Below are positions 1-14,200 of a stretch of DNA of 64,000 nucleotides, piece by piece (position 1 is the first letter of the stretch; every line of letters begins with the position of its first letter). Where the stretch lies: positions 445,210 through 509,209 of the forward strand of contig NMRA01000154.1 of assembly GCA_002633005.1 (NCBI GenBank). The letters are read 5' to 3'. Source of the stretch: Phoronis australis (taxonomy: Eukaryota; Animalia; Phoronida). A program made the position numbers and the translations under genes. Below the pieces are notes generated by a model. The model had not been told where the DNA came from. It did not search any database and saw only the letters and a list, made by a program, of their open reading frames with translations.

Positions 1-774
1 TTTGGTGTTCGTTTTCCGCTGCCCATTTTCTTCCATATCGTTATAAAATCACCGGGATTTTTGTTTTACGTGTAATACACAAATGATGGTCTTCAAGTTC
101 TTGCTTACATCCTATTCACGGCGGTAAAAGTCATTGTTTCTATGAAGTCACACATTTTTATGGACAACATGTTGCTGTGCCCACTGGTGCTTTTCTCGAC
201 TGATTTAAAGTTTCATCTATTGGCTTCCTATTGTGAGTTTTAGACAGTTCCGGATAGGGGCGCAAAACGCACAATTGCATGGGTCCCCTTAAAAAGGAAA
301 AGGATGATCACGAATCACTGGATCGTGATGAGTGAATGCTACACCATGAACGCTGTGACTATACGACGGCTTCCAAGCCAGCAAAGTCGAGAGCCAATGA
401 CAAAGCAGTTTTTTGCAAAAACGAAAGAAAATGCAAAAACATTTTCGCACTGGGAAATTGAAATATTTCTTGTGAAAAACTCTGAACAACTGTTAGCGTG
501 TAGTCTGAGATAAATTCGTGATATCTGTTCAACTTTGCTCATTTTAAAAAAAATCACTTCGCAGACCGGAAACTTTTTTGTCATGATCTCGGCTGACTCC
601 GTTAACGAATGTAAATCAACAGCGCCGGGAATGAACCTTCCTCTGATAGTGTAAAGATTTGTATCAGTAATCGGCGCGTCTAGCCTACGTGCATGACGAC
701 CTGTCAAATTCTTTCCCACTACCCATCTTTTTATTGAAAAAGGTATTTCATTTAATAGTTGTGTAATGAGTTTC

Positions 775-1087
775 CAGGGGCTGATCCAGGATTTGAGTTG
801 GGGGGCAGGGCACAAGAATAAGCAGACTTTCGGAAGATGCGCGCGCCCAGCCTAATGTCTAGGGGCCCGTACAGGAGTCTCGAATTTTTGTTTGCGAACC
901 TTTTGACTAAAAACAAAACGTTCAGGGCCTGTATGCATTATTCATTCACAGCCCCCGAGCCCTCCTGGTTGCGCATGTGCTAGTCAGCAATTCGCACCCC
1001 AACTGCCAAATGGTATCTGGGGTGACAATTTTAGGGGGGGGCCATGGTCCCTTGCCCCCCCCCCCCNCCCCCCCAAATCCGCCACTG
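775..1087. mobile_element. hAT-like MITE (CAGGGGC.GAT...ATCCGCCACTG) with a nested CATGCGCGCA-type MITE (~837-980)
   Basis: The ends resemble the copy at 53842-53979 (GATCCA.GATTT.GAGTTGGGG; GGCCATGG.CCC..CCCC..AAATCCGC..CTG). The nested part resembles 48051-48272. No TSD seen. Confidence 0.55.
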
Positions 1088-1921
1088 GTTTCGACCACGT
1101 CAACTTGGTTCCTAGGGCTCACACTCAGGCGTCGCTGACGAGCAGTCCGTGGATGGCAGTGCCTGGCAGCTAGCACACGTATAGCCCCTCGGTTGGCCGG
1201 TTTGGATCTGCAATACTTTCCATCGCTATCTGTACGCATTCGTTCCATGTATTTTCAACGGGCGGTAGTCCTATGCCAAATGCGGCCACCCGGCGATAGG
1301 CCACACTCAAATTGTGACTTTAAAAAGCGCTTACTTTCTTCATTGGTCCTTAATAACTATCTAGTCTATTCATATCTTCAATGAAGCTTAGTTACGAGAA
1401 TTAAGGTGACTTTGGCGAATATTTTCAACTCCACTTTTTTGGTGACCGTTTACTAGCTATCTACTACGCGCGCGATAACCACGAAGTATTTCAACTAAGT
1501 GCGGACTCACTGTGAGTTAGGCAACGGGCTAGCGCGAGACTGAGCGAAGCGCGTCACTGGCGCGTGACATTTGCAAAATAGCATGGGAAGGCATCAGGTG
1601 AAATTTGTAAGATTTGTGTTCCTTGGACTTTTTATTCGTCAACATGCGTGATCTCACATAACTTAGTCCTCAAAATGGCACCCGGCGGTCAGAGAAACTG
1701 GCAGATCAGCCAATGGCGCGGAAGATTTTCATCGATTAGTTCAAATTGTCTTGACTGGATCGTCTCTAGACTGATGGAGCGTGTTAATTATAACTCCATG
1801 TGCATATATGCATGTTTCATGAGATTTCATTTCCTGTATTTTGAAATTCGTAATTTTTTGTGGGGACTGTAGGCCTACTATCGCCGGCCCAAATTGCCTA
1901 CCACTGAGGCAGTCTCTCCCG

Positions 1922-2045
1922 TTCAGTAACGCTAAGACCTCGCTAAAATGCAAGACTTCGCGAGATTACAAAAGGTATTGCCGTGTATTTTAAATGAAAA
2001 CACATAACGTTGACTAGATTTTAGCTAGGTTCTGGCGTTACTGAA
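1922..2045. mobile_element. ~125-bp MITE; further copies at ~9655-9778 and a left-end fragment at 41578-41605
   Basis: TIR TTCAGTAACGCTAAGACCTCGCTAAAA vs reverse complement of 2019-2045 matches 23/27. Homologous body at 9655-9778. 27/28 identity of the left end at 41578. Confidence 0.7.
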
Positions 2046-2401
2046 AGCACGCCAGGTTTTTGTGCAGTCGTAAGGTGTCAAACACGTCATAAATGTTGCT
2101 GCTTTTAGTTGATGTAAGCGTCCTGGCACGGAAGTGAGCGGTCATACAAGCATGCGCACTGGTTAACAGACGATACACATGAGCCTGAGTGTTCACAGTG
2201 AAAGATCACGAAATCCTGAGGTACCTACTGATGATATTTATTGGTGTCGTTGGCAAAGAATGCAACTGGTGAAAGAACTGTAGATGAAGTATCTTATGCA
2301 AACTACCCCCACCTTACCGTGATTGTTAATAATTTAAAAATTCTTCATCAGCTGAGCTCTAGAACATCATCACGTAGATTGTAATGTAGAACCGATCATT
2401 C

Positions 2402-2490
2402 CCACAGCCGTCCTCAGCTTCTGATCGTCCCCAATACACATTATATAATATAGTGTGTTGGGGACGATCAAAAGCTGTGGACGCCTGTGG
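2402..2490. mobile_element. 89-bp near-perfect palindromic element with 6-bp TSD
   Basis: Arms CCACAGCCGTCCTCAGCTTCTGATCGTCCCCAATACAC / GTGTGTTGGGGACGATCAAAAGCTGTGGACGCCTGTGG (34/38). TCATTC directly repeated at 2396-2401 and 2491-2496. Confidence 0.8.
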
Positions 2491-5200
2491 TCATTCTACT
2501 TTTTAGACAGTGACCACAGTCTCTAGCTGGCACGACTAGACTAGAGACAGTGAATCTCCAGCCATCTTCACACGCCGGACATGCTATGAACATTCCCACT
2601 AAATAAAATTGGTTCTAACCCCGGTGTTTAAGGTAAACGGCGGGGTATGGAAAATTGAACTAGACCGTATTTATCCACCTTGGCTGAGACGCGCTCGGCT
2701 CATGCTCAAAGGGATGCCGCCAAGCTGCTCTATTCATCGAGTCACGAGTGAGGATAATTGACTTCGCTCATGCGGATATGATCAGCTGATTACAGTCTAG
2801 CCTAACAACTGTACTTTTTATGGAGAGAATTGTACGTAGTTTTTACTGTAATATTTGAAAAGAGGAGCGAAAACAAATATGAGTACAACTTTGAATTTTT
2901 CAAATCGGCCCAGGATTAGAGATTTTGCAACACAGCAACACTCACGATTACTTTCATTCGGCGCGCACTAATACAAAAATATAGGACCCAAGTTATTTAG
3001 ATTTTGGAACACATGCATTGCAATATTCAAAATACTTTTATTATGAATCTTACAAGCTGTAAAACGACGTTGTTAATTTCATTGTGTTCATTCATTGTCA
3101 TCCGTCAAATCGGCAATTTCCGAGATGTGATCTGCGGCGTGCGCGTATGTGTACAAAACACGTGATTGTTATGTTCCTGGAGTACGAAAATTAAGAAGGC
3201 TTTAACATGCCGTTATTATTGACAGGGACACGATAAAACGAATTTGGATTTTGACTATAGTCTTGATACAGCGATCTGACTGACCACTGCGTCAGTGTCT
3301 CCGTTAGACCCAGAAATTTCACACAGCCCGGGTAGTTCATTTCGTCCCCAACATGTAGATCGAGCCTTGGACTATTAATACTCCACGGCAGAGCTAACGA
3401 CAGTCGGCCTGTGCACACAAAATCTGTGAGTTAACCAGCACTCACCTTGCACGTTACAGCCGTTTAAGTGAAAAACAATCTAGTAAACGCCATTTTCTTG
3501 CATAATCCTCCGCCTTTTGTAACAAAAAAGTCTATCGTCGATGACCCGCACACGCACGCTCACTCACTCTCATACACAGACGACCTTCAAAACAAACGTC
3601 ACGTGACAACAACATGTGTGTTCATCCAGAGATTTTTCTCTTGTTGTGGAGTACGATGTAGCGCACATTTGGACTTAATCGCAATTAATCTGGACTCCAC
3701 ATGAACTTTAAAAATTGTAAAACATCAGGAAGATTTCAGGTAATTTGTTGAGTCGAAACTATATTTTTATTCAAGAGTACAAGTTTTCCTATTGACGATG
3801 GCGATTCAGCGGCGACGCATCAGTCGGCAAGTTTTCGCCCTGTGATGAGCACAATTTTTTGAAAAATTATCGTAATTTAACAACGGAAGTTCATAGCAAT
3901 GCACCACAATTTTGTAGAAAGACTGTCATAGGCTAAAATTCGTCACAAAGCGTAAATTTTATGAATCCTAGCTTCCGATTTTACCCGTTTGGGAAACCGG
4001 CTTTCAACTGCCGTAGGCTACAATAAGAATCCCCTCCCCGTGAAATGATTTTTTCTAAGCATTTATTAGAGCCAATACATACAGCTTTCCACCAAGGCTA
4101 GATGATACTAGGACACTATTCTTTGTTGCATTAGTAACTGGTCTTGGCTAATATTATCATTTTATGGCCTGGTCATCCATTCAGCCAAAAGTAGTTCCAG
4201 AGGTGGCTTATCAGCCAATTATTCACGCATGCTGACTCACAATAGAAGCCTGATAAGAGTGAAGGTGGATAAATGCGGTGTTCCTACAGTTTCTTGTTTT
4301 AGTGGATGTGTTCACGACATGAAGCTTTTCGGCGAATTATGCCTCACATCGATTAAAACATCACATTCACAGTCATGTTGTTATTGTCAGGGACTCATCT
4401 GGGATTTGAAAAGTGGGGTCCAAATTCGTGAGAATGATGGGAGTGGCGCAAAGCGCTATATTCTGAGGCGCGCAGAGCCGAAGCCAGGGAGGTCGAGAGG
4501 GGGTGGGCCTCGATAGATGATCACAGCTGCAGTGCGCCTCAGAAAAGTTTGCTTTGAAATTCGATCTGCTGGTATTGAAATACTAAACAAAGTGAAACCA
4601 TTTCTGACAGTTTGTTGTGACATGTATGCAACCTCGTGGCCGGAAGAAGAGCAATACTCGAAGTCACAAAGAATCAACAAAAAAAAGAATCTGGCTAATA
4701 AGTGACACTGCATTTGATGGCCCTTAAAGCATAATTTACTAAGGCTAATACAATGGCTGCTAGCCTGCAAGTTGAATGTCTATGCCGATCAGCCAAAACA
4801 ATAGGCCAATGCCCTTTGACAAGTGATTTAAAGAAGCGTCCCTTCCTATGAATGTGTTGAAAATTACTGTACAGAAACTAGACAGTACCGCAGTTTGAAC
4901 TCGGCCAGTAGAGCTGTCTCCGGCGGTGGCTATCCTATTGTGCCGTCGTGAGCTTTATGGCAAATTATGTCTCACACTGGCTTTAAACATCAACATGACG
5001 TTGCTATCTGTATGGAAGGACCCGCTTTGTTAATAAGCACTTCTAGAAGTAAGCCGATTGCGGTGCAGTCATGGGCTCATTTAAAGGCATTGGATTGCTC
5101 TTGTTTTTTCGTTTAGGGTAGCATGTTTCAACTTTCAATCTTCCATTGAGGCATACCTTATAATGCAAATTAGTTCTCATCCCGCATTGCAGTTGGCGAT

Positions 5201-8200
5201 ATGAGGAACCTGAGGCTTATCTCGTGTCAGCATGTACCCCCTGTTGAACGGGAGAGCCACGCCAGGTGTTTGTCAGTCGATTGTGACACAGGACACGTTT
5301 ATATTGCTACGGAAACGGGTCTGAAAGCTACTGATCCGCTAACCAGAGAGGTAAGCTTGTCAAAACTATTTACCAAAGCAAAACTGCCGTGATTTCGGAG
5401 GCCCAAAATACTACCCCATACTTTCAAAAAACAATTCTGGGGTGGTTTACCATGTCGTAACAACTGGGCTTAAGTGCATCCTCCTGTGACTCTTGGTAAC
5501 AAAATATTCCAACACATCCCAGCATGCACACCATCAGGGTGAGTAACCCACTTACATTTTTAAGTGACCAAATATTAAGTAACTATTAGAACTAATGACT
5601 GAGTTAAACCATATAAAATTCAATAAAAATTGCAGTCCTGTTAAAACCCAACATTATCTATTGAGCACAAGAATGAATGATCGCAGGTAACAGTCAGTGG
5701 GAGACTTTCATAAGCAATATAGGGACTGGTTAAATGGGCTGGATACCAGTAGCCTTTAGAGAACAAGAAGGTAATTTGTAACTTATGTTTAAAACACATC
5801 AGGTCTAATCGCATACATGGTAAAAGTGTCTTTTTCACGAAGGCAAACATTCCCCTGTGCCACCCACTGTGAAGACTAAGTATCTCGTGGTACAGCTAGG
5901 TGGAGCTAAGAGTCACCAGTTCCATGTGATCAGCCCCCATTGCTTCCTGGAAGTTTCCCATTCTACGCAAAAACAGGGCAATCCTGGTTGGAGATAAGGT
6001 TAATCTCCCGAGGTCATGACCTGCGGTTCACCTGAGTACAATAGACACTTGATTCTATGCAAGAACATGGTGGTCCTAGTTAAAGGTTGGTTCAATCTCC
6101 TGGGGTCATGACCTGCTGTTCACTTGTGTATAATTTGCCTGTACATTGACTTCCACCTTGCTTTCTATTCTGGCCCACTCTGTTCAGTTTTCTATTGATA
6201 AATGCTCAAACTGGCTTATTCCATTTTCACCCTTTTCTCCTCTTCCTCAGGTTGTTCATGAAATCGAACTAGATGACTCATCCTGCAGTGGTCATGTGGT
6301 GGACATCCAGTACCTTGGGGACACTATGCAGCTCTGCTTTGCCTCCTCTGGTGGAGATCTGTGCACATGGGATACGACAGTAAACACAGTGAGTTAGTGA
6401 AAGGAGGTGTTCTTTAATTTTGTCAATTATTTGTGTAGAGTAAGTGAAGAGTTAGCATTTGACATTATCGAGCAATGTGACAATAGATCATTACTTGGAT
6501 TTAGTGGGAAATGGTTCGTTTTTTTGTTTTTTTTTTTTTTGAAGTTTCATGACACAATAACCGGGATATTCTACGGTAAAGTCGCGTGATTTTCGGACAC
6601 TGAAAATTAATTCCAATAGAAAAAATTCATTCTTGGACGAATCTCGCGAAACATCATTTTGTGGTGTCCGAATTTGGCGGACCTCCAAATTTGGGTTTCC
6701 GCTAGTGTCCGAATTTCGTGGGTGTACATTATTTCGATGAGCGGTCGTAGTATCAACATTGCTGGCTCGGTCATTTGATAGCAGTACAATTGCAGGTAAA
6801 TGAGACTCAAATGGTCTGAGCGATTAATTTTTGAAAATCTGGCTTTCCCAATAAGAAATGTGCGCCGTCGACGCACAAAGACCGTTCCCAACAAGTGTTG
6901 GTTCTTCTTTTCAAAGATGTGCTTTCTCAATATGAAATATTCGGCTTGCATTGCCGATGCTCAAAAACCGTTCTCGGCAAGAGACGGAATCTTTTCAAAA
7001 CTGCGCTATCTCACTTGAAATATCGGCCGGGCTGCGTTGTGAAGAGTCTTCCTGGTGACAAATATGGGCTTTTCAATGAGTGGGTCTGGTTTGCGTTGTT
7101 GACGCACATGAAACGTTACAGACAACCGATTCTCTTTTGTAAAAATGCGTTTTCTCAATAAAAAATGTCGAGTTTGCGCTGTCAACGCATGGTTTCCCAA
7201 TAAAAAGCTGGACTTGCGTATTCGGCGCACAAAGAGGGTTCCCGACCATCAAAACATGCGCTTTCTCAATTTTAACGAATTTTGCATTAAACGTAACAGT
7301 AATGGATGTGGGAACGAGTTCAGTGAAGAAAGTGACGAACAATGACAAGAACATAGCATATATTTATGTTTGTTAAACGTATCCATGCATTGTCTGCTGG
7401 TTACAAACCGAAACGCAAGTTAACTCTGACACGTTTATTTCCATATTATCTGAAAGCTCAGTTTCAACATAAAAACTTTGATTGAACAATTACCCAAAAC
7501 AGATTAAAAAGACAATCATGATAATAAAACGAGTAGTTTCTCATCTACTCGTGATCCCCATTTGTCGTCCTGGTAGTCGTCTGAATTGTTGAAGAAGCGC
7601 TGTCGTTCTACATGTTTAGGCCTACTGCAAACGATGGGAATGCGTCGACTAGTACAGTGCTGCGCGGCTGAAGACACGATTAACTAACATATTGTATATA
7701 TAAGGGCGTTGACTAGAAAGCAAATGCAATTTCAAATGCTACCAACATCAAATTCACCCAACCGTTTTTTTACAATTAAAACCTTTCTCATCCACAGCCT
7801 TTGAAACGCCCGATATTAACTCAGTGATACACTGGCGCGTCTTCATGCAACTGAGGTGACCTAACACATCTGGGTTCGCTTACGTTTTCAACCACAGTGA
7901 AAACTCTGACTTGTGAAATCTGTTTGTGGATGAAATGAAACTGATAATCGTTAGCATTTTCTGATAATCTGCGAGGAAGATAACAGGGCCGTTTCTTCTG
8001 GTCGTCACCAGTTTAGCGCCGTCCACGGTCATCACCAATTTCGCGCAGCTCAGTCTCCCTCAGTCACTACTAATTTACGCCGCCACCCCTCCCCCCCCCG
8101 GCCTCCTGCTGCACACCAATGTCGATTTTGTGCCACTAATTCTAAGGGAGTCTGCTTGGTGCAACCCCCTGCCAAGACCGTTGTTGCGCACGTTGATACA

Positions 8201-11200
8201 ATAGGCTACTGGGCAGATCACGACTGTTAGAAGAATCGACTAGTGACGACCTGAAAAGAAAAACGAAAGCACTCAATTTGGGACAGGTGAACTCATGAAG
8301 GACGTAAACCAGGCAATTCAAGAACCGGTCTACTATTTATATACTTAATTTTCTTTCTTAATATACATTTAACCAATTACAATTCATCTATGTCGACCGT
8401 TTTCATTTCATTGCGTCATATATTTGCTACAGTTACGGAAAATAGTTCTTCCCACAGGTCTCTGCTGATGGACACTACACACTTCTGCTAACATTTAAAG
8501 TATGAACAGTCGCGAGTTTACTGAAGTCTCATTATAAGTACAGAAATGTTGTTGAAGAATAACAGTGACTATCTGAAGACAGGAATACATAACAAAATAA
8601 AATATGGAAGCACCAAACAAAAATCAAAACAACACTTACCTGTTGCAATAACGCCTTAAATGCGAACGTACTGACCGACTTGCATGAACGGAATGTTAGT
8701 TGAACATGTTAGTAGAACAAAACTGTCTCAATGAAATTTTCATGGTTTACAGGTTTAAGAAGATCCACCGTAAATTTCCGTATATAAATCCAGAAGAAAA
8801 TATGGCCAATTTGCGTATCTTAAATTTTTTCCTAAAATATACCTAGGATGCATATCTGAGAATAAAAATGCATGCTTGAAATCTAAAAATAATGCTATTC
8901 CCACTAGGATATAATTAGGGTGAGCTACAGTATTTATACTGTGTTCGTGTATTCGGCATTGCTGAGTATAGGCCCTGGTGTATTTTTACATAAGACGTTT
9001 GGTTTCCCCAACTTATATACGGAAATCGCTGGTAATACTTCCCAAAATTATTTACCCTTGCTGCAAGTAAGGCATCACCTCGGGTAAAAATAGAACAATA
9101 ATAATTAGCAATGTAACAGTCAACACAATTAAACACACTTACAGCTGAAATGCCTCTAAAACTATATTAAGTAATACAAAAAACATGGTCTGTAGTTTAA
9201 GATCACGTTTCTTTTTTGTCTCAAAACTATCAACTGAAGGCGGTAACATGGACAAGAAGGCAAGGTCCTGTGGAAAGTAGATATCGAACTCCGGGTCGGA
9301 AACACTTATCAGGTTCCAAGCCCGTTGCATCGGACTCCAGGTCCTGTATTCTTGTTAGCCTACCCCTAGGACCACAAGAAGCAACGACTACCAAATCTGA
9401 TTCAACTGACTTGTCATTTTTCGAAATGATTGGTGGAGGATTTTCTTAGCCGCCGCAGACAGAGAGTGCCACAGGGTCCCGGTGTCCTTGTCGGGATTCA
9501 TCTTAATCTCGGGACACCATGGAGTTCAGGGTGTTGTACCTCAGACGGTACAGGGTGTGAATTAACAAGACCACAAGTACACAGACCAGTGGATGAGCAA
9601 GCAAAATTGGGTCGCCGCAAGTTAAATCTTTTTTAGGTTTACATCTGGGGTAAAGCTCGTAACGCTAGAACTTCGCTAAAAAGCAAGAATTCATGAAATT
9701 ACCTGATGTATTGTGTTTTTGAATTGAAAGCGTGATTTTGGCTAGATTTTTGTATTTCCCAAGACAGCTACTGAACTCTACCCTAGTCTGCGACCAGGGG
9801 CGCAAGGGTGAGAATCTCACGAACACGCTAGACTGAAGACGTCGAGACGTTTGGTGAGGCATTGCAAACGAAGCACACGATCACACTATCTTCTTTAGCG
9901 AGATTCTTGCATCTGCGATGCTTATCAGAGAGCAACAGACAATTTGTAAGGGTAATGAAACGTGGTTACGTGGATGTACATTAGTTTTTGATATGTGTTA
10001 TAGCACACCGGCGCTTACACAACATAGGACAGGGATGCAATGTCTCTGTAACAATTGCGTGTGCGCCGCGCCCCTTTCTGAGTGCTGGGCCTTGCACTAT
10101 GTTTGATTTTTAACCAGCTTTACTTTGGCTCCGTCTCATTCGGCTGCTGCTGTTCACTATCTACACTACTTTGAACGCGCGATATCCTACGGACAGACTT
10201 AGCTGTGGCCTATTGTGAATGGGGGCCTAAACAAAAAATATTTCTCATCACGTCAAGAATAAAATCGGGACACGTCGCCGGAGATTTTAGCCACTAACAA
10301 GGGCATTTGCAAAGGCCAGGACGTTTTAAAAATAAAAACGTTTCGTAAACACGCAAGTTGATGTCAGGCGTGCAAGTTCAATGTCACAGTCCGAAGTCGA
10401 ACAACACGGTCTAATTAAACCAGAGCACATGTTACGCTACAACGAAAAACTGCAGCCTTCGGTGTATTTCCCATTTGTATTTTCATCAGAAATTTTCGTC
10501 ATGCGGGACTCGGTGACTCTTTCCATAGCTAAAGCGCCAAACACAAGCTAAACGCAAGACAATCGAGTAACGGTCATGACATCGTCAAGACAAGGTAAAA
10601 ATTACAAAGCCCGTTACACCAATTCTCAGATTCAAGCCTTATAGAGTAGTAATCATCCGTTGAACGCTTTAGTGACACGGGAGTTGCGTCGATCCCAAAT
10701 TAGCGTTTCTAAAATTTTCCTTGTCCGAAAGTCGCGGGACAAAATTCTGATGTTTATGACAATGTCCGAAATTCGAGGATCTTTGAAAAACAGTTTTTGG
10801 ACCTTGTACGAATTTCGTGGACTATGAAAAACTCATTTCGTAAATATTTATTCTTGGTCAAAAATGGCGGACCGTCCGAAAATCACGCGACTTTACCGTA
10901 TCATCCGATTGGACATTAAGAGGATTCCAGTGTAGTACCAATGACACTAAGATGTGAAGTATATTGTCATGTCCATGTTGCTCTGTTCCTTTACATGGTC
11001 AGTGTTATTTTACTTTTGACCCCGTGGTATTCATCAGTTCAGTACTGTGTTTGTAATTGAGTGTCACTCGGTCATTGTTCTCTTACAGATCGAATGTGTT
11101 GGCAGTGTCCAGTCTGGTGTCCACTCCATGTCCTGGAGTCCAGACCAACAGCTGGTGGTCCTGGCCACAGGTTTGTGTTTGAATCCTGACCAAGATATTG

Positions 11201-14200
11201 CTGCTATAACAACCATTGGTTGTAACCCTAGGCATGCTGCCAAAACAATAATTTTGCTTTTGCAACTTAGTTGCAACCATTAACTAGGCAAAAATTCATG
11301 TCTCAATTTTAGATGAACATTTCATTCAGGCTTGGCCAATTGCAGTCCTCTAATTCTAGAAGCTATTGGTTACCAAGGGGTGAAGGTTGTCCTGTTTAGA
11401 ATGTGCCCGCCCACCAAGCTTCGTCACACTTGGTCAAATTTTCCTAAATAAAGGGATTTTGTTTCGCACTAGGGTACATAAAGGTACATTTTATAATTAA
11501 AAATCTTCTGTTTGTGTGAAGTGCCCCATTAAGCAAAAACAGATTGGGTCGAAAAGGGAAGAAATAGATAATAGATATGGTCTGTAAAGCTCTTTTAGTG
11601 TGACGCTACATTCTGACACCTTGTCATTGTAAAATTACTGGGTAGAAACACAGCCAGATCCTGTCACTAGTCGTACTTTCACTGGTGGTCCCTGCACACA
11701 CTTTAAAGGGACCAACCACAACAGTAGATCTTCAGTGCATTCCAAAGTGCAGGAGCGTAATTATAAATAATTGATAATTTTGGTTTTAGGCCAAATCAAC
11801 AAGATTGAATTAGGACAAAAATGCTAAAATTGAATTATTTTCATTCTTCGTTAAGTTGTCAAAACAGTTGAGCCCTAACTAGAGTTCTGCTGCTCCCCTT
11901 TGATGAAGAAAGTCTGGAAATAAAAATGATATCACTTGCCGGCCATATTGTAACCTACATAGGTGAGATTTTAGTTGTACTGTCCAAAAAAGGAATTGTC
12001 ACTGTTAGCCAGCTGGGTGGTCACATGTGGTCATTTGCAATGGAAACAGTAACAGTTAAGACATATTATGCATTGAGCACTAACTGCAGATGTCTGTACT
12101 GTCTTTTACCTAACCCAGATTAGAAATGGCTCCATTGAGGTGAAAAACTGTGAATAATGTTGGTGAACACTGAACTCAATAATTTACGTGTTCCTTTTTA
12201 TGTGCCAAAAACTTTTTTCTGTCAGAGGAATGGTACTTTCTATCTGGTCCTCGGCGGCATTGTATTTTGTGTAGTTATTGTTGTAGACCTTCTGACTGCT
12301 GGAGTTGTTTAAAAATTCTGTCATAGTTAACTGAAAATAGCCAGCCATGTAGTCGTTCTTGATTTTATGAGTCTGTCCATGTTACAGGGCCACAGAGTGA
12401 TTAATTGACCATGTGTTCATACACAATGATCACACTGTAACAGTGTATTGTAAGTGAGTCTGTTCATGTTACAGGTCAACAGACTGTGATTGTAATGACC
12501 AGAGATTTTGAACCAGTGCACGAGCAAAGTCTACAACAGTCGCAGTTTGGCCAAGGTAACTCTGATCTGTCGTCATCATCATTGTTGGAGGAGTTGGTAG
12601 CAAATGACAAAATGGAGATGGCGTTTACCTGAATAGCGAATTAGAGTTACCATCTAGCAAGCTAGGTGCATTTACGGTGGTCTTCTCCTGCAGGAGTCAA
12701 ACAAAACATTGGAAAGTGGAGAATATAATAATTTGCATAGAGTTCATAGTGATGCGGTCACCCTGTCACAGTAGTTGGGTAGTTTGATCTCACACAATGG
12801 TTGGGTAGTATGATGACCCTTTCAAAGTTGTTGATGACGTTCAGCAGTTGGGTAGCATAATTACATGTAATACATACTTATACAATAGAGAATACAACTT
12901 ACGTATAGTGAGTAGACACATTCCTTTTATAGGTCTGATGCAGTTGTCAATTATTGAATGTGTAATATTGATAATAATGGTAATTATTATTATTATAATG
13001 AAGATGAGAGTTAACTCATCAGTTGTACTGTACTTAACTACTACAACACCAACATTTTCAAGTCTGGTCTGCATGCCAGTTCAAGATGTACATATTATTC
13101 ATATACACTGATCTCGTGAATTTATGGGCAGGATGCCCATTGCTAAGTTTGATAGGATTTCTGTGTTCAACCAGTGGTCTCCGTGGCTCAGTGAACTAGA
13201 GGGTCTGCACATTTAGCAGAAGGTCCCATGTTCGAGTCCCGGTCGAGGAAGAAATCTTTTCTGGATTATGTTCATTAGGTCACGCAATGTGGCCAACAGG
13301 TGGCATGCAGGCCACTCTTAAAATGCTTGTGATTTATATTTCAAAATTTACATGCTTTTACGTATTACATGTTCTATAATTGACAGCTGAGTTTGTGACA
13401 GTTGGATGGGGCAAGAAGGAGACGCAGTTTCATGGTTCAGAGGGCAAGGGTGCTGCCTCAAGACTGGAACAGGTGTGTTCACTTCTTTGTTGAGCATTGG
13501 GTGAATCGAATATTGCAGAGTGACCATCCGCACTGATCATTATGTAGCACATCGATGAACAGGTGGTCACTTAAACTTTGCTAACGGTATATGTAAAAAG
13601 ACTTGCCAAGTGTAAGAGATTTTTTTGTCTTTTCAGAAAATGCAAATTTAATTTTGAAACAAAGATACTTACTAGCCATAGGAAACTTAGCCAAATTTTG
13701 TAAGCAAAGCCTGTCAAACTGGTTTGTCATATGTGGTAGGGTTTAGCAATATTCTGCAAATTTTGAGTCAGTTATATGAGGGAAGTGGTATTTTTCAATG
13801 TAATTGAGAGCATGATGGACTCTGTGGGAGCTTTGCCCTCATAATTACCTTGCTGTTGAAAGTGGTGTCACACAAATGAGGAAATTTGGTTGTGGTCAAA
13901 GTGTGGATGAGAAATGGACTGAATATGAAGCTTATCATTGCCTCCTTTGAGAGTTTTCGTTGTTTGATGAGTGAGTTTGCGGAAAATTTCTGAGAGCGGA
14001 TGAAGAATTCAAAATAAATTTTGCATTTACTTTTTCGTGTCCCACCAGGACTGATTTAAAGAGAACATGGAGGCCACCCACTCCTCGACTGGTATGCGAA
14101 GTGGCCTTTGATGCAGACTTAAGACTTTGCCTATTTGTGATAATCTGCATGCCAGATACTGGAAAATGGGATTGTGACTGTTCAGATTTTAGGCTTTTAG

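Noticed and set aside
289-4770. Short ORFs upstream of ELP1 (e.g. 339-815, 946-1248)
   Set aside because: No recognisable domains; they overlap MITE-like sequence and a poly-C tract containing an N.
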